Positions 46,428 through 55,942 of a DNA stretch of 64,000 nucleotides are shown in pieces. The notes below the pieces were generated by a model, which worked only from the letters and a program-made list of their open reading frames with translations, was not told the DNA's origin and made no database searches. The translations under genes and the position numbers were made by a program. Source of the stretch: Chloroflexota bacterium (GTDB lineage Bacteria; Chloroflexota; UBA6077; FW602-bin22; DAOUAE01). Where the stretch lies: the NCBI GenBank assembly GCA_034433795.1, contig DAOUAE010000002.1, positions 133,939-197,938 of the forward strand, read 5' to 3'. Position 1 is the stretch's first letter. Each line of letters begins with the position of its first letter.

Positions 46428-47597
46428 ATGCGATCCCTGTCGCTCCTCGGCCTGGCCCTCGCGGCTCTGCTGACCGTCGCCTGCACCGCCCTGGCCCTGC
46501 GCGCCCAGACCGCTCCCACCCCACCACCCACGCCGACCCCCCTGGCCGCGCCCTCTCCCAGCCCGGCGCCTCCCACGCCAACCGCGCCGCCACCCCCGCC
46601 GACCCCGACCGCCGCCCCGGCGCCGGCCGCCGGCCCCCCCATCCCCGGCGACACCCGGGCCATCGCCCGCGCCGCCGGGATGGTGCGTCCGGCGGTCGTC
46701 CAGATCATCATCCGCCAGATCGCCTTCGACCAGTTCCTGCGCCCCGTCCCCGAGGAGACCGGCATCGGCTCGGGGGTGATCTTCGACCGGAGCGGGCTGG
46801 TCCTCACCGCCCACCACGTGGTGGCCGAGAGCGGCCCGACCCTCAAGGTCGGCCTGCCCGACGGCCGGGTTTTCGCCGGCCAGGTGGTGGGAGCCGATCC
46901 GGAGAGCGACATCGCCCTGGTCCGCCTCACCGCCGGAGGCGACAACCTGCCGGTCGCCCCCCTGGGCGACTCCAGCCAGCTGGTCATCGGCGACTGGGTC
47001 ATCGCCATCGGCAACGCCCTGATGCTGGAAGGGGGACCCACCGTCACCGCCGGCATCGTCAGCGCCCTCGACCGCTACCTGGAGACGCCGGACCAGCGCG
47101 TCCTCTTCGACCTCATCCAGACCGACGCCGCCATCAACCCCGGCAACTCGGGGGGACCCCTGGTCAACCTGCAGGGGCAGGTTGTGGGCATCAACACGGC
47201 GATCTTACGGGCGCCCGGCGCCGGCCTGGGGTTCGCCGTGGCCGTCAACCGGGCCAAACAGGTCATCGACGACCTGCAGCGCTACGGCCGCGTCCTGCGC
47301 CCCTGGCTGGGCATCCAGCCGATCGATGTCACCCCCTCGCTGGCCCAGCAGTACGGGCTGCCGGTCGAGCGGGGGGTGCTCATTCTGGCGGTCGACGGAC
47401 GGGGGCCGGCCGCCCGGGCCGGGCTGCGTCGGGGCGACATCCTGGTGGCCTGGAACGACGAGCCGCTCACCAACCACATCGGCCTGCTGCGGGCCCTCTC
47501 CCGCCACCGGCCCGGCGACACGGTCCGCCTGACGGTGGTCCGCGACAGCGGCCGCCAGACGGTGACCGTGACGCTCGGCGAGCGGCCGAGCCGCTGA
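46428..47597 (+). CDS. htrA: HtrA/DegP-family serine protease with one PDZ domain
   Basis: Signal/anchor MRSLSLLGLALAALLTVA, a Pro-rich spacer, the catalytic triad context LTAHHVV / DIALVRL / GNSGGPLVN, and a C-terminal PDZ domain. Confidence 0.92.
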   Translation: MRSLSLLGLALAALLTVACTALALRAQTAPTPPPTPTPLAAPSPSPAPPTPTAPPPPPTPTAAPAPAAGPPIPGDTRAIARAAGMVRPAVVQIIIRQIAFDQFLRPVPEETGIGSGVIFDRSGLVLTAHHVVAESGPTLKVGLPDGRVFAGQVVGADPESDIALVRLTAGGDNLPVAPLGDSSQLVIGDWVIAIGNALMLEGGPTVTAGIVSALDRYLETPDQRVLFDLIQTDAAINPGNSGGPLVNLQGQVVGINTAILRAPGAGLGFAVAVNRAKQVIDDLQRYGRVLRPWLGIQPIDVTPSLAQQYGLPVERGVLILAVDGRGPAARAGLRRGDILVAWNDEPLTNHIGLLRALSRHRPGDTVRLTVVRDSGRQTVTVTLGERPSR

Positions 47598-47607
47598 CAG
47601 GGCGAGG

Positions 47608-50079
47608 ATGCGACCGCGTGCCCGTCGTTCCCGACTGCTGCGGGCCAGCGTGGGGCGCCCCACGCTGGCCGCCCGGATCGTCCGGGGTCTCTGGCTGACC
47701 GTCCTGTGGGGGGGAGCCATCCTCGGCGGGGCCACCGCCGCAGCGCTGACGGGGCTGGTGCTCCTCCTGGCCGCCTCCGGCGGGCTGGGCGCGGTCATCG
47801 AGGGGCTGACCCGCGATCTCCCCCCGCCCGAGGCCGCCTTCCAGCGCGAACTCTTCACCAGCACGTTCATCTACGACCGGAACGGAACCCCGCTCTACGA
47901 GTTCTGGGCGCCGGAGGGCGGGCGGCGCGAGATCGTGCCGCTGCGCGAGATCCCGCCGGCCCTCATCGCCGCCACCCTGGCCACCGAAGACGCCTACTTC
48001 TACCAGAATCCGGGCTTCGACCTCCGGGCCATGCTGCGCGCCGCCTACCAGAATCTGCGCGGCCAGAGCATCGTCTCCGGCGGCAGCACCATCACCCAGC
48101 AGCTCGTCCGCAACGCCCTCTTCGACCCCGAGGAACGCTACGAACGGAGCCTCCAGCGCAAGCTGCGCGAGATCCTCCTGGCCTACCGCCTCTCCCAGCG
48201 CTACACCAAAGACCAGATCCTGGAGCGCTACCTGAACGAGATCTACTACGGCAACCTGGCCTACGGGGCGGCGGCGGCCGCGCGTGTCTACTTCGATAAG
48301 CCGGTCCAGCAGCTGACGCTGGCCGAGGCGGCGCTCCTGGCCGGGCTGCCGCAGGCCCCGGCCCAGTATGACCCCTTCCTCAACCCCCGGGCGGCCAAAC
48401 AGCGGCAGCTGGAGGTGCTGGAGCTGATGGTCCGCCACCGGTTCATCGACGCGGCGACCGCCGAGGAGGCCGCCCAGGCCGAGATCCGCCTGGCCCCGCC
48501 CCGCCGCTACTTCCGCGCCCCCCACTTCGTGCTCTACGTGCGCCACCTGCTCGAACAGAAGTACGGGACGGCCCGGGTCTCCAGCGGCGGCCTGCGCGTC
48601 TGGACCACTCTCGACCTGACCATCCAGACCGAGGCCGAGCGGGCCCTGCAGGCCCATCTCCCAGCCCTGCGCGCCCGCGAGGCCCGCAACGCCGCCCTGG
48701 TGGTCCTCAATCCCGCCACCGGCGAGATCCTGGCGATGGTCGGCAGCGCCGACTTCAACGACCCCTCCATCGGCGGGCAGATCAACATGGCCCTGACCCC
48801 GCGTCAGCCGGGCTCGACGCTGATGCCCTTCACCTACGCCCTGGCCTTCGAACGGCGCCTGCTGATGCCGGCCTCGCTGGTGCGCGACGAGCCGGTCAGT
48901 TTCTCGGCCGGACGGGGGCTGCCCCCCTATCAGCCGACCAACGCCGACGGGCGATTCCGCGGCCCGGTGACGGTGCGCCAGGCCCTGGCCCAGTCGCTTA
49001 ATGTGCCGGCCGTCCGCACGCTGGCCCAGGTGGGCGTTCCCGACCTGGTGGCGCTGCTCCGCCGGCTCGGCCTGACCACCATCGACACCCCCCAGCGTTA
49101 CGGTCTGGCCCTGACGCTGGGCGCCGCCGATGTTCGTCTGCTCGACCTGACCTTCGCCTACGCCACCCTGGCCAACGGTGGTCGGCAGGTCGGGGCGCCG
49201 GCGCCGCCCCAGCCCGGTGGCCCGACCTACGGACCGGTGGCCATCCGGCGCGTCCAGGACGCCCGGGGACGGGTTCTGGAGGAGTACCATCCCCCGGCCG
49301 GTGAACCAGTCCTCTCGCCCCAGACCGCCTGGCTCATCACCGACATCCTGGCCGACGCCGAGGCCCGCCAGCCCGTCTACGGACCCGACGCCCCGCTGAC
49401 GCTCAGCCGCCCGGCGGCGGTCAAGACCGGGACGACCGACCACTACGAGAGCGCCTGGACCATCGGCTACACGCCGGACTTCGTTGTCGGCGTCTGGGTG
49501 GGCAATGCCGACAACCGACCCACCCGTCAGGTCACCGGCAGCAGCGGGCCGGCGCCCATCTGGCAGAGTCTCATGGAGGCGCTGCATCGCGGCCGACCGG
49601 TGCGCCGCTTCGAGCCGCCGCCAGGTCTGGTCCGGGCGACCGTGGACGCCCTGACCGGCCTGCGACCCGCCCCCGACTCGCCGACCATCACCGACTGGTT
49701 TGTGGCCGACGCCGTGCCGACCGCCTGGACACCGCCCCGCTGGACGCCGACGCCGACCCCCACGCCGACGCCGCCACCCACCCCCACCCCAACCGTCACC
49801 CCGACGCCCACGCTCACACCGACCCCGACGCCGCTCCCGGCCGGTCTGGTCAGCGTGCCCAGCGTCGTCGGGCTGCCCGAGGCCGAGGGCCGCCGCCGGA
49901 TCGAACAGGCCGGTCTCCAGAACGCCCCCACCAACTACCAGACCGTCGAGGACATCCCCGAGGCCCACCGCGCCTTCTTCCTCTCCATTCCGCCCGGCCA
50001 CATCGTCAGCCAGACCCCGGCCCCGGGGACGGTCCTGCCGCGCGGGGCCACCGTCTATATCGCCGTCCGCCGGCCGTAA
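47608..50079 (+). CDS. class A penicillin-binding protein (GT51 transglycosylase + transpeptidase) with C-terminal PASTA domain
   Basis: GT51 motifs TLATEDAYFYQNPGFD and GGSTITQQL. Transpeptidase motifs (SxxK-type PGSTLMP, KTGTT). TP-repeat linker, then a PASTA-like VPSVVGLPEAEGRRRIEQAGL...GHIVSQTPAPGTVLPRGATVYIAV. Confidence 0.92.
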   Translation: MRPRARRSRLLRASVGRPTLAARIVRGLWLTVLWGGAILGGATAAALTGLVLLLAASGGLGAVIEGLTRDLPPPEAAFQRELFTSTFIYDRNGTPLYEFWAPEGGRREIVPLREIPPALIAATLATEDAYFYQNPGFDLRAMLRAAYQNLRGQSIVSGGSTITQQLVRNALFDPEERYERSLQRKLREILLAYRLSQRYTKDQILERYLNEIYYGNLAYGAAAAARVYFDKPVQQLTLAEAALLAGLPQAPAQYDPFLNPRAAKQRQLEVLELMVRHRFIDAATAEEAAQAEIRLAPPRRYFRAPHFVLYVRHLLEQKYGTARVSSGGLRVWTTLDLTIQTEAERALQAHLPALRAREARNAALVVLNPATGEILAMVGSADFNDPSIGGQINMALTPRQPGSTLMPFTYALAFERRLLMPASLVRDEPVSFSAGRGLPPYQPTNADGRFRGPVTVRQALAQSLNVPAVRTLAQVGVPDLVALLRRLGLTTIDTPQRYGLALTLGAADVRLLDLTFAYATLANGGRQVGAPAPPQPGGPTYGPVAIRRVQDARGRVLEEYHPPAGEPVLSPQTAWLITDILADAEARQPVYGPDAPLTLSRPAAVKTGTTDHYESAWTIGYTPDFVVGVWVGNADNRPTRQVTGSSGPAPIWQSLMEALHRGRPVRRFEPPPGLVRATVDALTGLRPAPDSPTITDWFVADAVPTAWTPPRWTPTPTPTPTPPPTPTPTVTPTPTLTPTPTPLPAGLVSVPSVVGLPEAEGRRRIEQAGLQNAPTNYQTVEDIPEAHRAFFLSIPPGHIVSQTPAPGTVLPRGATVYIAVRRP
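49744..49833 (+). repeat. Thr-Pro dipeptide-coding microsatellite-like tract (ACSCCS)n
   Basis: Encodes TPTPTPTPTPPPTPTPTVTPTPTLTPTPTP between the transpeptidase and PASTA domains. Confidence 0.75.
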
Positions 50080-50124
50080 CCACCGACACACACCCGGGCC
50101 ACCGGGAGAAAGGACGAGCGCGGA

Positions 50125-51051
50125 ATGCTCCCCAAAGAAAGCAAGCCGACTCTCCAGGGCCGGTCCCTCGGCCTCTTTCTGGCCCTGGCCTTCGGTCCGG
50201 CCTGGGGGCTTCTGCTGCTCCCGCTGCTGCTGGATCCCTCTCTCCGCCCGCTCGGGCGGCTGCTGGCCTGGAGTCTGGCGATGTGGCAGCCCGGGATCGG
50301 GGCCGTCTCCGCCGTTCGGGCCGAGGGCCGGCGGCCGGTCGCCGCCCTGGGCCTGAACCGTCTCGGCCCGCGCCGCTTTTACCTCTGGGCCTGGGGGCTG
50401 CCGCCGCTCCTGACCCTGAGCACCGGTCTTCTGACCATCTTCCTGGGCGCCGGCCGGCTGGACTCCAGCCTCCCGGCCCTCCGCCGGGCCCTGCCGTCCG
50501 AGGCCCCGGTCCCGACAGCGCTGTTGGGAACGGGGCTGATCCTCTTCGCCCTGACCCTGGCCCCCCTGCTCAACACCCCGCTGGCCCTGGGCGAGGAACT
50601 GGGCTGGCGGGCGTTTCTGCTGCCCCGGCTGCTTCCCCTGGGCCCTGGGCGGGCGCTCATTCTCACCGGGCTTCTCTGGGGGCTGTGGCACGCCCCGGCG
50701 GTGGCCCAGGGCCTGAACTACCCCGGCCAGCCCCTCCTGGGGCCTCTCCTGATGGTGGGCTTCGCCAGTCTGCTCGGGGTGATCCTCGGCTGGCTCTTTC
50801 TCCGCACCGGCAGCCCCTGGGCCCCGGCCCTGGCCCACGGAGCGGTCAACGCCACGGGCGGTCTCCCCCTGCTCTTTCTGGCCGACGTCAATCCCCTCGT
50901 CGGGGGAACGCTCCCCAGCCTCATCGGCTGGATCCCCCTCGGGATCAGCGTCCTCGGGCTGGGGCTGAGCGGTGAGCTTGCGGCCGCCGCCCGGGCCTTC
51001 GTCTCACCCGCCGCTCCCGGCGCCGGGGAAGGCGCCGGGCCGCCGTCCTGA
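50125..51051 (+). CDS. CPBP-family intramembrane glutamic endopeptidase (CAAX protease/Abi)
   Basis: Polytopic membrane protein with EELGWRAFLLPRL, LWGLWH and HGAVNA motifs in the canonical order. Confidence 0.88.
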   Translation: MLPKESKPTLQGRSLGLFLALAFGPAWGLLLLPLLLDPSLRPLGRLLAWSLAMWQPGIGAVSAVRAEGRRPVAALGLNRLGPRRFYLWAWGLPPLLTLSTGLLTIFLGAGRLDSSLPALRRALPSEAPVPTALLGTGLILFALTLAPLLNTPLALGEELGWRAFLLPRLLPLGPGRALILTGLLWGLWHAPAVAQGLNYPGQPLLGPLLMVGFASLLGVILGWLFLRTGSPWAPALAHGAVNATGGLPLLFLADVNPLVGGTLPSLIGWIPLGISVLGLGLSGELAAAARAFVSPAAPGAGEGAGPPS

Positions 51052-51059
51052 CGCCGCCC

Positions 51060-51827
51060 TCAGAGGCGAACCGGCACCCCGCGGGCGGCCAGGTACTCTT
51101 TGGCCTGGCGGATGGTGTACTCGCCGTAGTGGAAGATCGAGGCGGCCAGGACCGCGTCGGCCCGGCCCCGGGTCAGGACCTCGTAGAGGTGTTCAAGCGC
51201 GCCGGCGCCGCCCGAGGCGATGACCGGGACCGGCACCGCCTGGGAGACGGCGGCGGTGAGCTCCAGGTCGTAGCCGTCGCGGGTGCCGTCGCGGTCCATC
51301 GAGGTCAGGAGGATCTCGCCGGCCCCCAGTTCGACGCCCCGGACCGCCCACTCCACCGCGTCCAGCCCGGTGGGCCGGCGCCCGCCGTGGGTGAAGACCT
51401 CCCAGCGGGGAGGCGCAGTCCCCGGCACCCGCCGGGCGTCGATGGCCAGCACGATGCACTGGCTGCCGAAACGCTCAGCGCCGGCCCGGATGAGATCCGG
51501 GTTCTGAACCGCCGCGGTGTTGATCGAGATCTTGTCGGCCCCGGCCCGCAGCAGCCGGCGCATATCCTCAGTCGAGCGGATGCCCCCGCCGACCGTCAGC
51601 GGGATGAACACCTCGGCCGCCGTTCGGGCGACCACGTCCACCATGGTCTGGCGGTGCTCGGCGCTGGCGGTGATATCGAGGAAGACCAGTTCGTCGGCCC
51701 CGGCCTGGTTGTAGAAGGCGGCCAGTTCGACCGGGTCGCCGGCGTCGCGCAGCTGAAGGAAGCGCGTGCCCTTGACCACGCGGCCGGCAGCCACGTCCAG
51801 ACAGGGGATGATCCGTTTGGTCAGCAC
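51060..51827 (-). CDS. hisF: imidazole glycerol phosphate synthase, cyclase subunit
   Basis: [17 protein letters not shown]..., [11 protein letters not shown] and the collinear TIM barrel. GTG start at 51827. Confidence 0.95.
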   Translation of the reverse strand: MLTKRIIPCLDVAAGRVVKGTRFLQLRDAGDPVELAAFYNQAGADELVFLDITASAEHRQTMVDVVARTAAEVFIPLTVGGGIRSTEDMRRLLRAGADKISINTAAVQNPDLIRAGAERFGSQCIVLAIDARRVPGTAPPRWEVFTHGGRRPTGLDAVEWAVRGVELGAGEILLTSMDRDGTRDGYDLELTAAVSQAVPVPVIASGGAGALEHLYEVLTRGRADAVLAASIFHYGEYTIRQAKEYLAARGVPVRL

Positions 51828-51835
51828 CGCTGTCC

Positions 51836-52561
51836 TCAGGCCGGAAGGCTGCGCGCCCAGGCCACGGCCTCGCGCAGGCTCAGGTCGCCGGTGTAGAGGG
51901 CCCGCCCGATGATCGCCCCCTCCACACCGGTGCCGTAGAGGCTCTGGAGATGGGCCAGCCGGCTGACCCCCCCAGCCGCGATCACCGGCACCGGCAGGGC
52001 GGCCACCAGCTCGGTGATCGCCCGGTAGTTGGGCTGCGAGAGGGTGCCGTCACGGGCGATGTCGGTGTAGACGATCCGGGGCACCCCCAGGGCGACCATC
52101 TCCTGGGCCAGGGTCAGGGCCGTGATCGGCGTCGTCTGCTGCCAGCCGTGGACGGCGACCTGTCCGTCGCGGGCGTCGATGGCCACGGCGATCCGGTCGC
52201 CCCAGCGGTCGCAGGCCCGGGCGACCAGCGTCCGATCCTCGACGGCGGCCGTCCCCAGGACCACCCGGGCCGCCCCGGCCGCGAAGAGCCGCTCGATCGT
52301 CTCCAACGAGCGCGCCCCCCCACCGACCTGGACCGGAACGTCCACCCGCGCCGCCATGCGCGCAATGACCTCCAGGTTGCGGGGAACGCCGGTGGCCGCG
52401 CCGTCGAGGTCCACAATGTGCAGCCAGGTCGCCCCCTGCCGCTGCCACTCGCGGGCGACCCTGACCGGGTCGGTGCTGTAGACGGTCAGCCGCCGAAAAT
52501 CCCCCTGGTAGAGGCGCACGCAGGCCCCGTCTTTGAGATCGATGGCCGGAAAGATGATCAT
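51836..52561 (-). CDS. hisA: phosphoribosylformimino-5-aminoimidazole carboxamide ribotide isomerase
   Basis: [26 protein letters not shown] and GGGARS motifs. Sits directly upstream of hisF. Confidence 0.95.
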   Translation of the reverse strand: MIIFPAIDLKDGACVRLYQGDFRRLTVYSTDPVRVAREWQRQGATWLHIVDLDGAATGVPRNLEVIARMAARVDVPVQVGGGARSLETIERLFAAGAARVVLGTAAVEDRTLVARACDRWGDRIAVAIDARDGQVAVHGWQQTTPITALTLAQEMVALGVPRIVYTDIARDGTLSQPNYRAITELVAALPVPVIAAGGVSRLAHLQSLYGTGVEGAIIGRALYTGDLSLREAVAWARSLPA

Positions 52562-52584
52562 GCGCCCACACCCTTCGTGGCAGA

Positions 52585-52614
52585 GGTATACCAGCCCCGC
52601 TCCGCCTCTGTCAA
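52585..52614 (-). promoter_or_regulatory. candidate promoter TTGACA-18-TATACC (minus strand) for hisA-hisF
   Basis: On the minus strand: TTGACA (52614-52609), an 18-nt spacer and TATACC (52590-52585), then GAAGGGTG and ATG 52561. Confidence 0.4.
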
Positions 52615-52710
52615 GGCGAGGAGCCCCGGTCGGCCCTGCGCCTGTAACAAAGAGGAGGCCGCGGCCGTTTTCCCATGCAGCCGAAACCCTGTGCCCCAGA
52701 AGGAGTGACC

Positions 52711-52938
52711 ATGGCTGTCGCCCGCGCCATCGCTGCCAGCGACCTCGAGCAGCTCCTGATCCGGTACCATACGGTGAGCAGCCTCCTCTACACGCTGGAG
52801 CACCTGCCGCCGACGCCGGCGGTGCTGTACCACCGGCGCTACCTGAGCCAGGTGCGGGAGCGGCTCCGCCACCATCTGGCGCGGCTGCAGGCTCCGGCTG
52901 TCGCCCGCCGGCGGGGGCGACCCAACCGGACCGCCTGA
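52711..52938 (+). CDS. small basic hypothetical protein (75 aa) with C-terminal RRRGRPNR (AT-hook-like) tail
   Basis: ATG 52711 follows AGAAGGAG. GC3-rich codons and a predicted helical body. I recognise no family. Confidence 0.5.
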   Translation: MAVARAIAASDLEQLLIRYHTVSSLLYTLEHLPPTPAVLYHRRYLSQVRERLRHHLARLQAPAVARRRGRPNRTA

Positions 52939-52939
52939 C

Positions 52940-53461
52940 CTAGACGCGGCGCCGCCGCCGGTCGATCCGCTCGCTCCCGGCGTTGTTCCAGCGCCGAACG
53001 CTCAGCCGGCCGTCCGACTCCAGAATGATCGTCTCGACCTCGGCCAGATCGAAGATGTTCTGCTCCCGCAGCTGACTCAGCAGCTCGTTCAAGGTGATCT
53101 TCTCCTTCTCCAGATTGCGCCAGAGCAGCTGACCATTGTGCATCAGCAGCGTCGGCGTGCCGTGGACCAGGCGCTCGACGGTGGGGCTGCGGAAGGCCAG
53201 GAGATTGAGCAGCCAGTTGGCGGCGAAGAGGGTGGCGGCGGCCACCAGCCCGCCGGTCAGCGAGTTGTCGCCTCCGGTGATCGCTCCCTGGATCGACTCG
53301 CTCAGAATGAGGAGGGTGAGGAAATCGCCGGGGGTCAGCTCGCCGATCTCGCGCTTGCCGGTGAGGCGGAGCAGCGCCAGCAGGACGACGAAAACCCCCA
53401 GCGGCCGCAGGATGAGCGCCCAGAGGGGCTCGGTCGGGACCAGCAGCCGTTCCAGTGGCAT
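52940..53461 (-). CDS. DUF421 (YetF-like) membrane protein
   Basis: TGKREIGELTPGDFLTLLILSESIQGAI..., followed by the C-terminal soluble YetF-like part (GTPTLLMHNGQLLWRNLEKEKITLNELLSQLREQNI). ATG 53461 is preferred. Confidence 0.8.
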   Translation of the reverse strand: MPLERLLVPTEPLWALILRPLGVFVVLLALLRLTGKREIGELTPGDFLTLLILSESIQGAITGGDNSLTGGLVAAATLFAANWLLNLLAFRSPTVERLVHGTPTLLMHNGQLLWRNLEKEKITLNELLSQLREQNIFDLAEVETIILESDGRLSVRRWNNAGSERIDRRRRRV

Positions 53462-53537
53462 GGCCGGCCTCCGGAGCAAGCCCGGTGCCAGGCCGTCTCG
53501 CCTCCGCGCCACGCGCTCTCAGCGCCGTGGACCGCTG

Positions 53538-53546
53538 TGTTATAAT
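53538..53546 (+). promoter_or_regulatory. extended -10 element TGTTATAAT for the AAA/VWA module
   Basis: TGTTATAAT at 53538-53546, 35-55 nt upstream of the candidate starts at 53581 and 53599. Confidence 0.5.
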
Positions 53547-53598
53547 CACTGCAGAGACTTCGGGCCCGTCCGCGGGGCGGATGGGGGTAGGACCATCG

Positions 53599-55938
53599 AT
53601 GCGCGAACTGGAACGCCTTCTGCGGGGCCGCCGCTTCCCGCCGCCGGCCGATGCCGAGACCGCCAGCGCACCGCTCGCCCGCCTGGGGCCCGGCGTGGTC
53701 GTCTACCCCGAGGTCGTCGTCATCGACGGCGTCCGCTTCCCCCGGCGGCAGTACCGCCGCGAACCGCCGCTCGACCCGCTGCCCGCCCGCCGCCCCCTCG
53801 ACCCGACCTGGGAGAGCCAGCTCGACCATCTGAGCCCCCCCGCCGCCCTGGAGGCGGCCATCCCGGACGAGGGCGAGATCTTCACCTACATCTCCCCGAC
53901 GATGGCCCGGATCCTCCGCCGCATCGCCACGGTGGACAGCGCCCACGGCTTCGTCCTGCTGGTCGGGCCGACCGGCTGCGGCAAGACGACCTTGGCCAAG
54001 ACCTACTGCTGGCTCACCCGCCAGCCGCTGACCGAACTGACCTTCAGCGGCGACACCACCCTCACCGATTTCTACCGCAGCGTCGAGGTGGTCCGCGACG
54101 CCCAGGGCCGCCAGAGCACGGTGACCGTCCCCGGCCCGGCGGTCGAGGCGATGCTGCGGGGGAAAAAGCTCCTGATCAACGAGATCAATATGCTCCCGCC
54201 CGATATCCTGACGGTCTTCACCCAGGCCATGGATACCGGGCGGCTCATTCTCTCCGGCACCCAGCGCGGCAATATCGAGATCAACGTCCATCGCGACTTC
54301 GGCATCATCGGCACCGCCAACCCCCACTACATCGGCACCCTGGACATCGGCCGGGCGATGGAGCGCCGCTTCGGCCGGGGGCTGGGCTATATCGAGATGA
54401 CCTTCCTGCCGCCGGAGGAGGAGGCGGCGGCGGTGGCCAACGAGTTCAGCCGCCTGGCCCTCTTCGCCCGCCACAACCTCACGGCCCCCCAGGACCTCTG
54501 TCTGCGCCTGGCCACCCTGGCCGCCCGGCTGCGCAGCGATCCCCAGATCGGCCCGGTGATCCAGAGCCGCCTCTCGACCCGCAGCCTGGTCCACTGGCTG
54601 GGCCTGGCCCAGATCACCGGCCTGCCCCTGCGCGAGATCGCCGCCCAGGCGCTGCTCACCACCGTGCCGCGCGACGCCCGCGAGAAGGCCCTGGCGCTGA
54701 TCCAGGAGATGCTGGGCGCCCAGCGCCTCGACCCGGTCCCGGCGCTGACCGTCGGCGCTCTCCCCCCGGAGACGCTCGACGGGCGCCTCCTGGACCCGAC
54801 GACGTTGCCCCGGCGGTCGCAGGGACGCCGACCGGGCCACGGCGACGGGGTGGTCGTCCACCGGGTACGCTACCAGAAACATCTTCCCGACGGCACGCGC
54901 GTCCTCATCGGCGAGCCGTTCTATCCGGACGACGGTCGCCGCGTCGGTCTGGGGCTGAAGATCCGCGCCTACGACCCCCGCGGCCGGCAGATCACCGACC
55001 CGCGCCGGCTGGAGACCATCGCCGCCACCTTGCGCGATGAGTACGGCCTCAACGTCCCCTGGCGCACCGGCCATCTTCCCCAGCCGCACGAGATCCTGCC
55101 CTGCCTGACCCGAACCACCTGGCAGGCCCTGCGCCTGCTGGAGGCGGCCATCCTGCTAGGCCGGCCCGTCTTCATCGCCGGGCCGACTGGCTGCGGCAAG
55201 TCGAGCCTGGCCCGGACGCTGGCCTACCTCAAGGGCAAACGGGTGGTTGAGTTCTCCTTCACCGGCGAGACGGCCAAGGGGGATCTCACCGCCAGCCGCC
55301 GCCTGGTCGGGGGCGTGACCCGCTGGACGACCCAGGCCTTCCTGGAGGCCCTGGCCCGGGGCGACTGCGTCATCGTCAACGAGTACAACGTGGCCTACCC
55401 CGATGTCCATTCGCTCATCAACAGCCTCTTCGACAAGGGCGCCAAACTGACCCTGCCCGATGGCCGGGTCTTCCGGCTGCATCCCGACGCCTGGCTGATC
55501 GCCACCGGCTTCCTGGAGGGGCCGGGGGTGAAGCCGCTGAACGAGGCGGTGGAGAACCGTTTCGGAGCCATTATCGCCCTCGACTACCCGCCGCTCGATG
55601 AGGAGCTGGCGGTGTTGCGGCACGTGGCGCCCCATCTGGCCACTGCTCCGGCGCTGGAGAGCGCGCTCCGCTTCATCGACTACTGCCGGCGGCTGGCCGC
55701 CGGGCGGGTCGACCCGGCCACCCTGGTCGGTCTGTCGCGGGCCGCCCAGGAGGCGCTCCGGCAGGCCGCCCGCCACGCCGCCCTCAGCACCGCCGAACTG
55801 GTGGCCCTGGCCCGGAGCGCCCAGACCCCCACGGACTTCGCCCAGCGGCTGCGCACCGGCGTGCTGGAGGGTCTGAGCGAGGCCGGCCGGCGCGTCCTCG
55901 AACCGGTCCTGCTGCAGTACGAACTGGTCGGCTCCTGA
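53599..55938 (+). CDS. tandem AAA_5 (dynein/midasin/CbbQ-NorQ-CobS-type) ATPase, two P-loop modules in one chain
   Basis: Module 1: GPTGCGKT (53965-53988), LLINEIN (54169-54189), GIIGTANP, ERRFG. Module 2: GPTGCGKS (55180-55203), VIVNEYN (55369-55389), WLIATG, ENRFG. About 120 aa of non-ATPase insert lie between the modules. Start is ATG 53599 or 53581. Confidence 0.8.
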   Translation: MRELERLLRGRRFPPPADAETASAPLARLGPGVVVYPEVVVIDGVRFPRRQYRREPPLDPLPARRPLDPTWESQLDHLSPPAALEAAIPDEGEIFTYISPTMARILRRIATVDSAHGFVLLVGPTGCGKTTLAKTYCWLTRQPLTELTFSGDTTLTDFYRSVEVVRDAQGRQSTVTVPGPAVEAMLRGKKLLINEINMLPPDILTVFTQAMDTGRLILSGTQRGNIEINVHRDFGIIGTANPHYIGTLDIGRAMERRFGRGLGYIEMTFLPPEEEAAAVANEFSRLALFARHNLTAPQDLCLRLATLAARLRSDPQIGPVIQSRLSTRSLVHWLGLAQITGLPLREIAAQALLTTVPRDAREKALALIQEMLGAQRLDPVPALTVGALPPETLDGRLLDPTTLPRRSQGRRPGHGDGVVVHRVRYQKHLPDGTRVLIGEPFYPDDGRRVGLGLKIRAYDPRGRQITDPRRLETIAATLRDEYGLNVPWRTGHLPQPHEILPCLTRTTWQALRLLEAAILLGRPVFIAGPTGCGKSSLARTLAYLKGKRVVEFSFTGETAKGDLTASRRLVGGVTRWTTQAFLEALARGDCVIVNEYNVAYPDVHSLINSLFDKGAKLTLPDGRVFRLHPDAWLIATGFLEGPGVKPLNEAVENRFGAIIALDYPPLDEELAVLRHVAPHLATAPALESALRFIDYCRRLAAGRVDPATLVGLSRAAQEALRQAARHAALSTAELVALARSAQTPTDFAQRLRTGVLEGLSEAGRRVLEPVLLQYELVGS

Positions 55939-55942
55939 CGCC

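Noticed and set aside
47467-50838. 1123-aa ORF on the minus strand spanning PBP1A and the CPBP protease gene
   Set aside because: It lies antisense to two genes with clear family motifs. Its translation is Arg/Gly/Pro-rich low complexity with no motifs. The GC3 periodicity belongs to the plus-strand frames. This is a typical long shadow ORF of a 70% GC genome.
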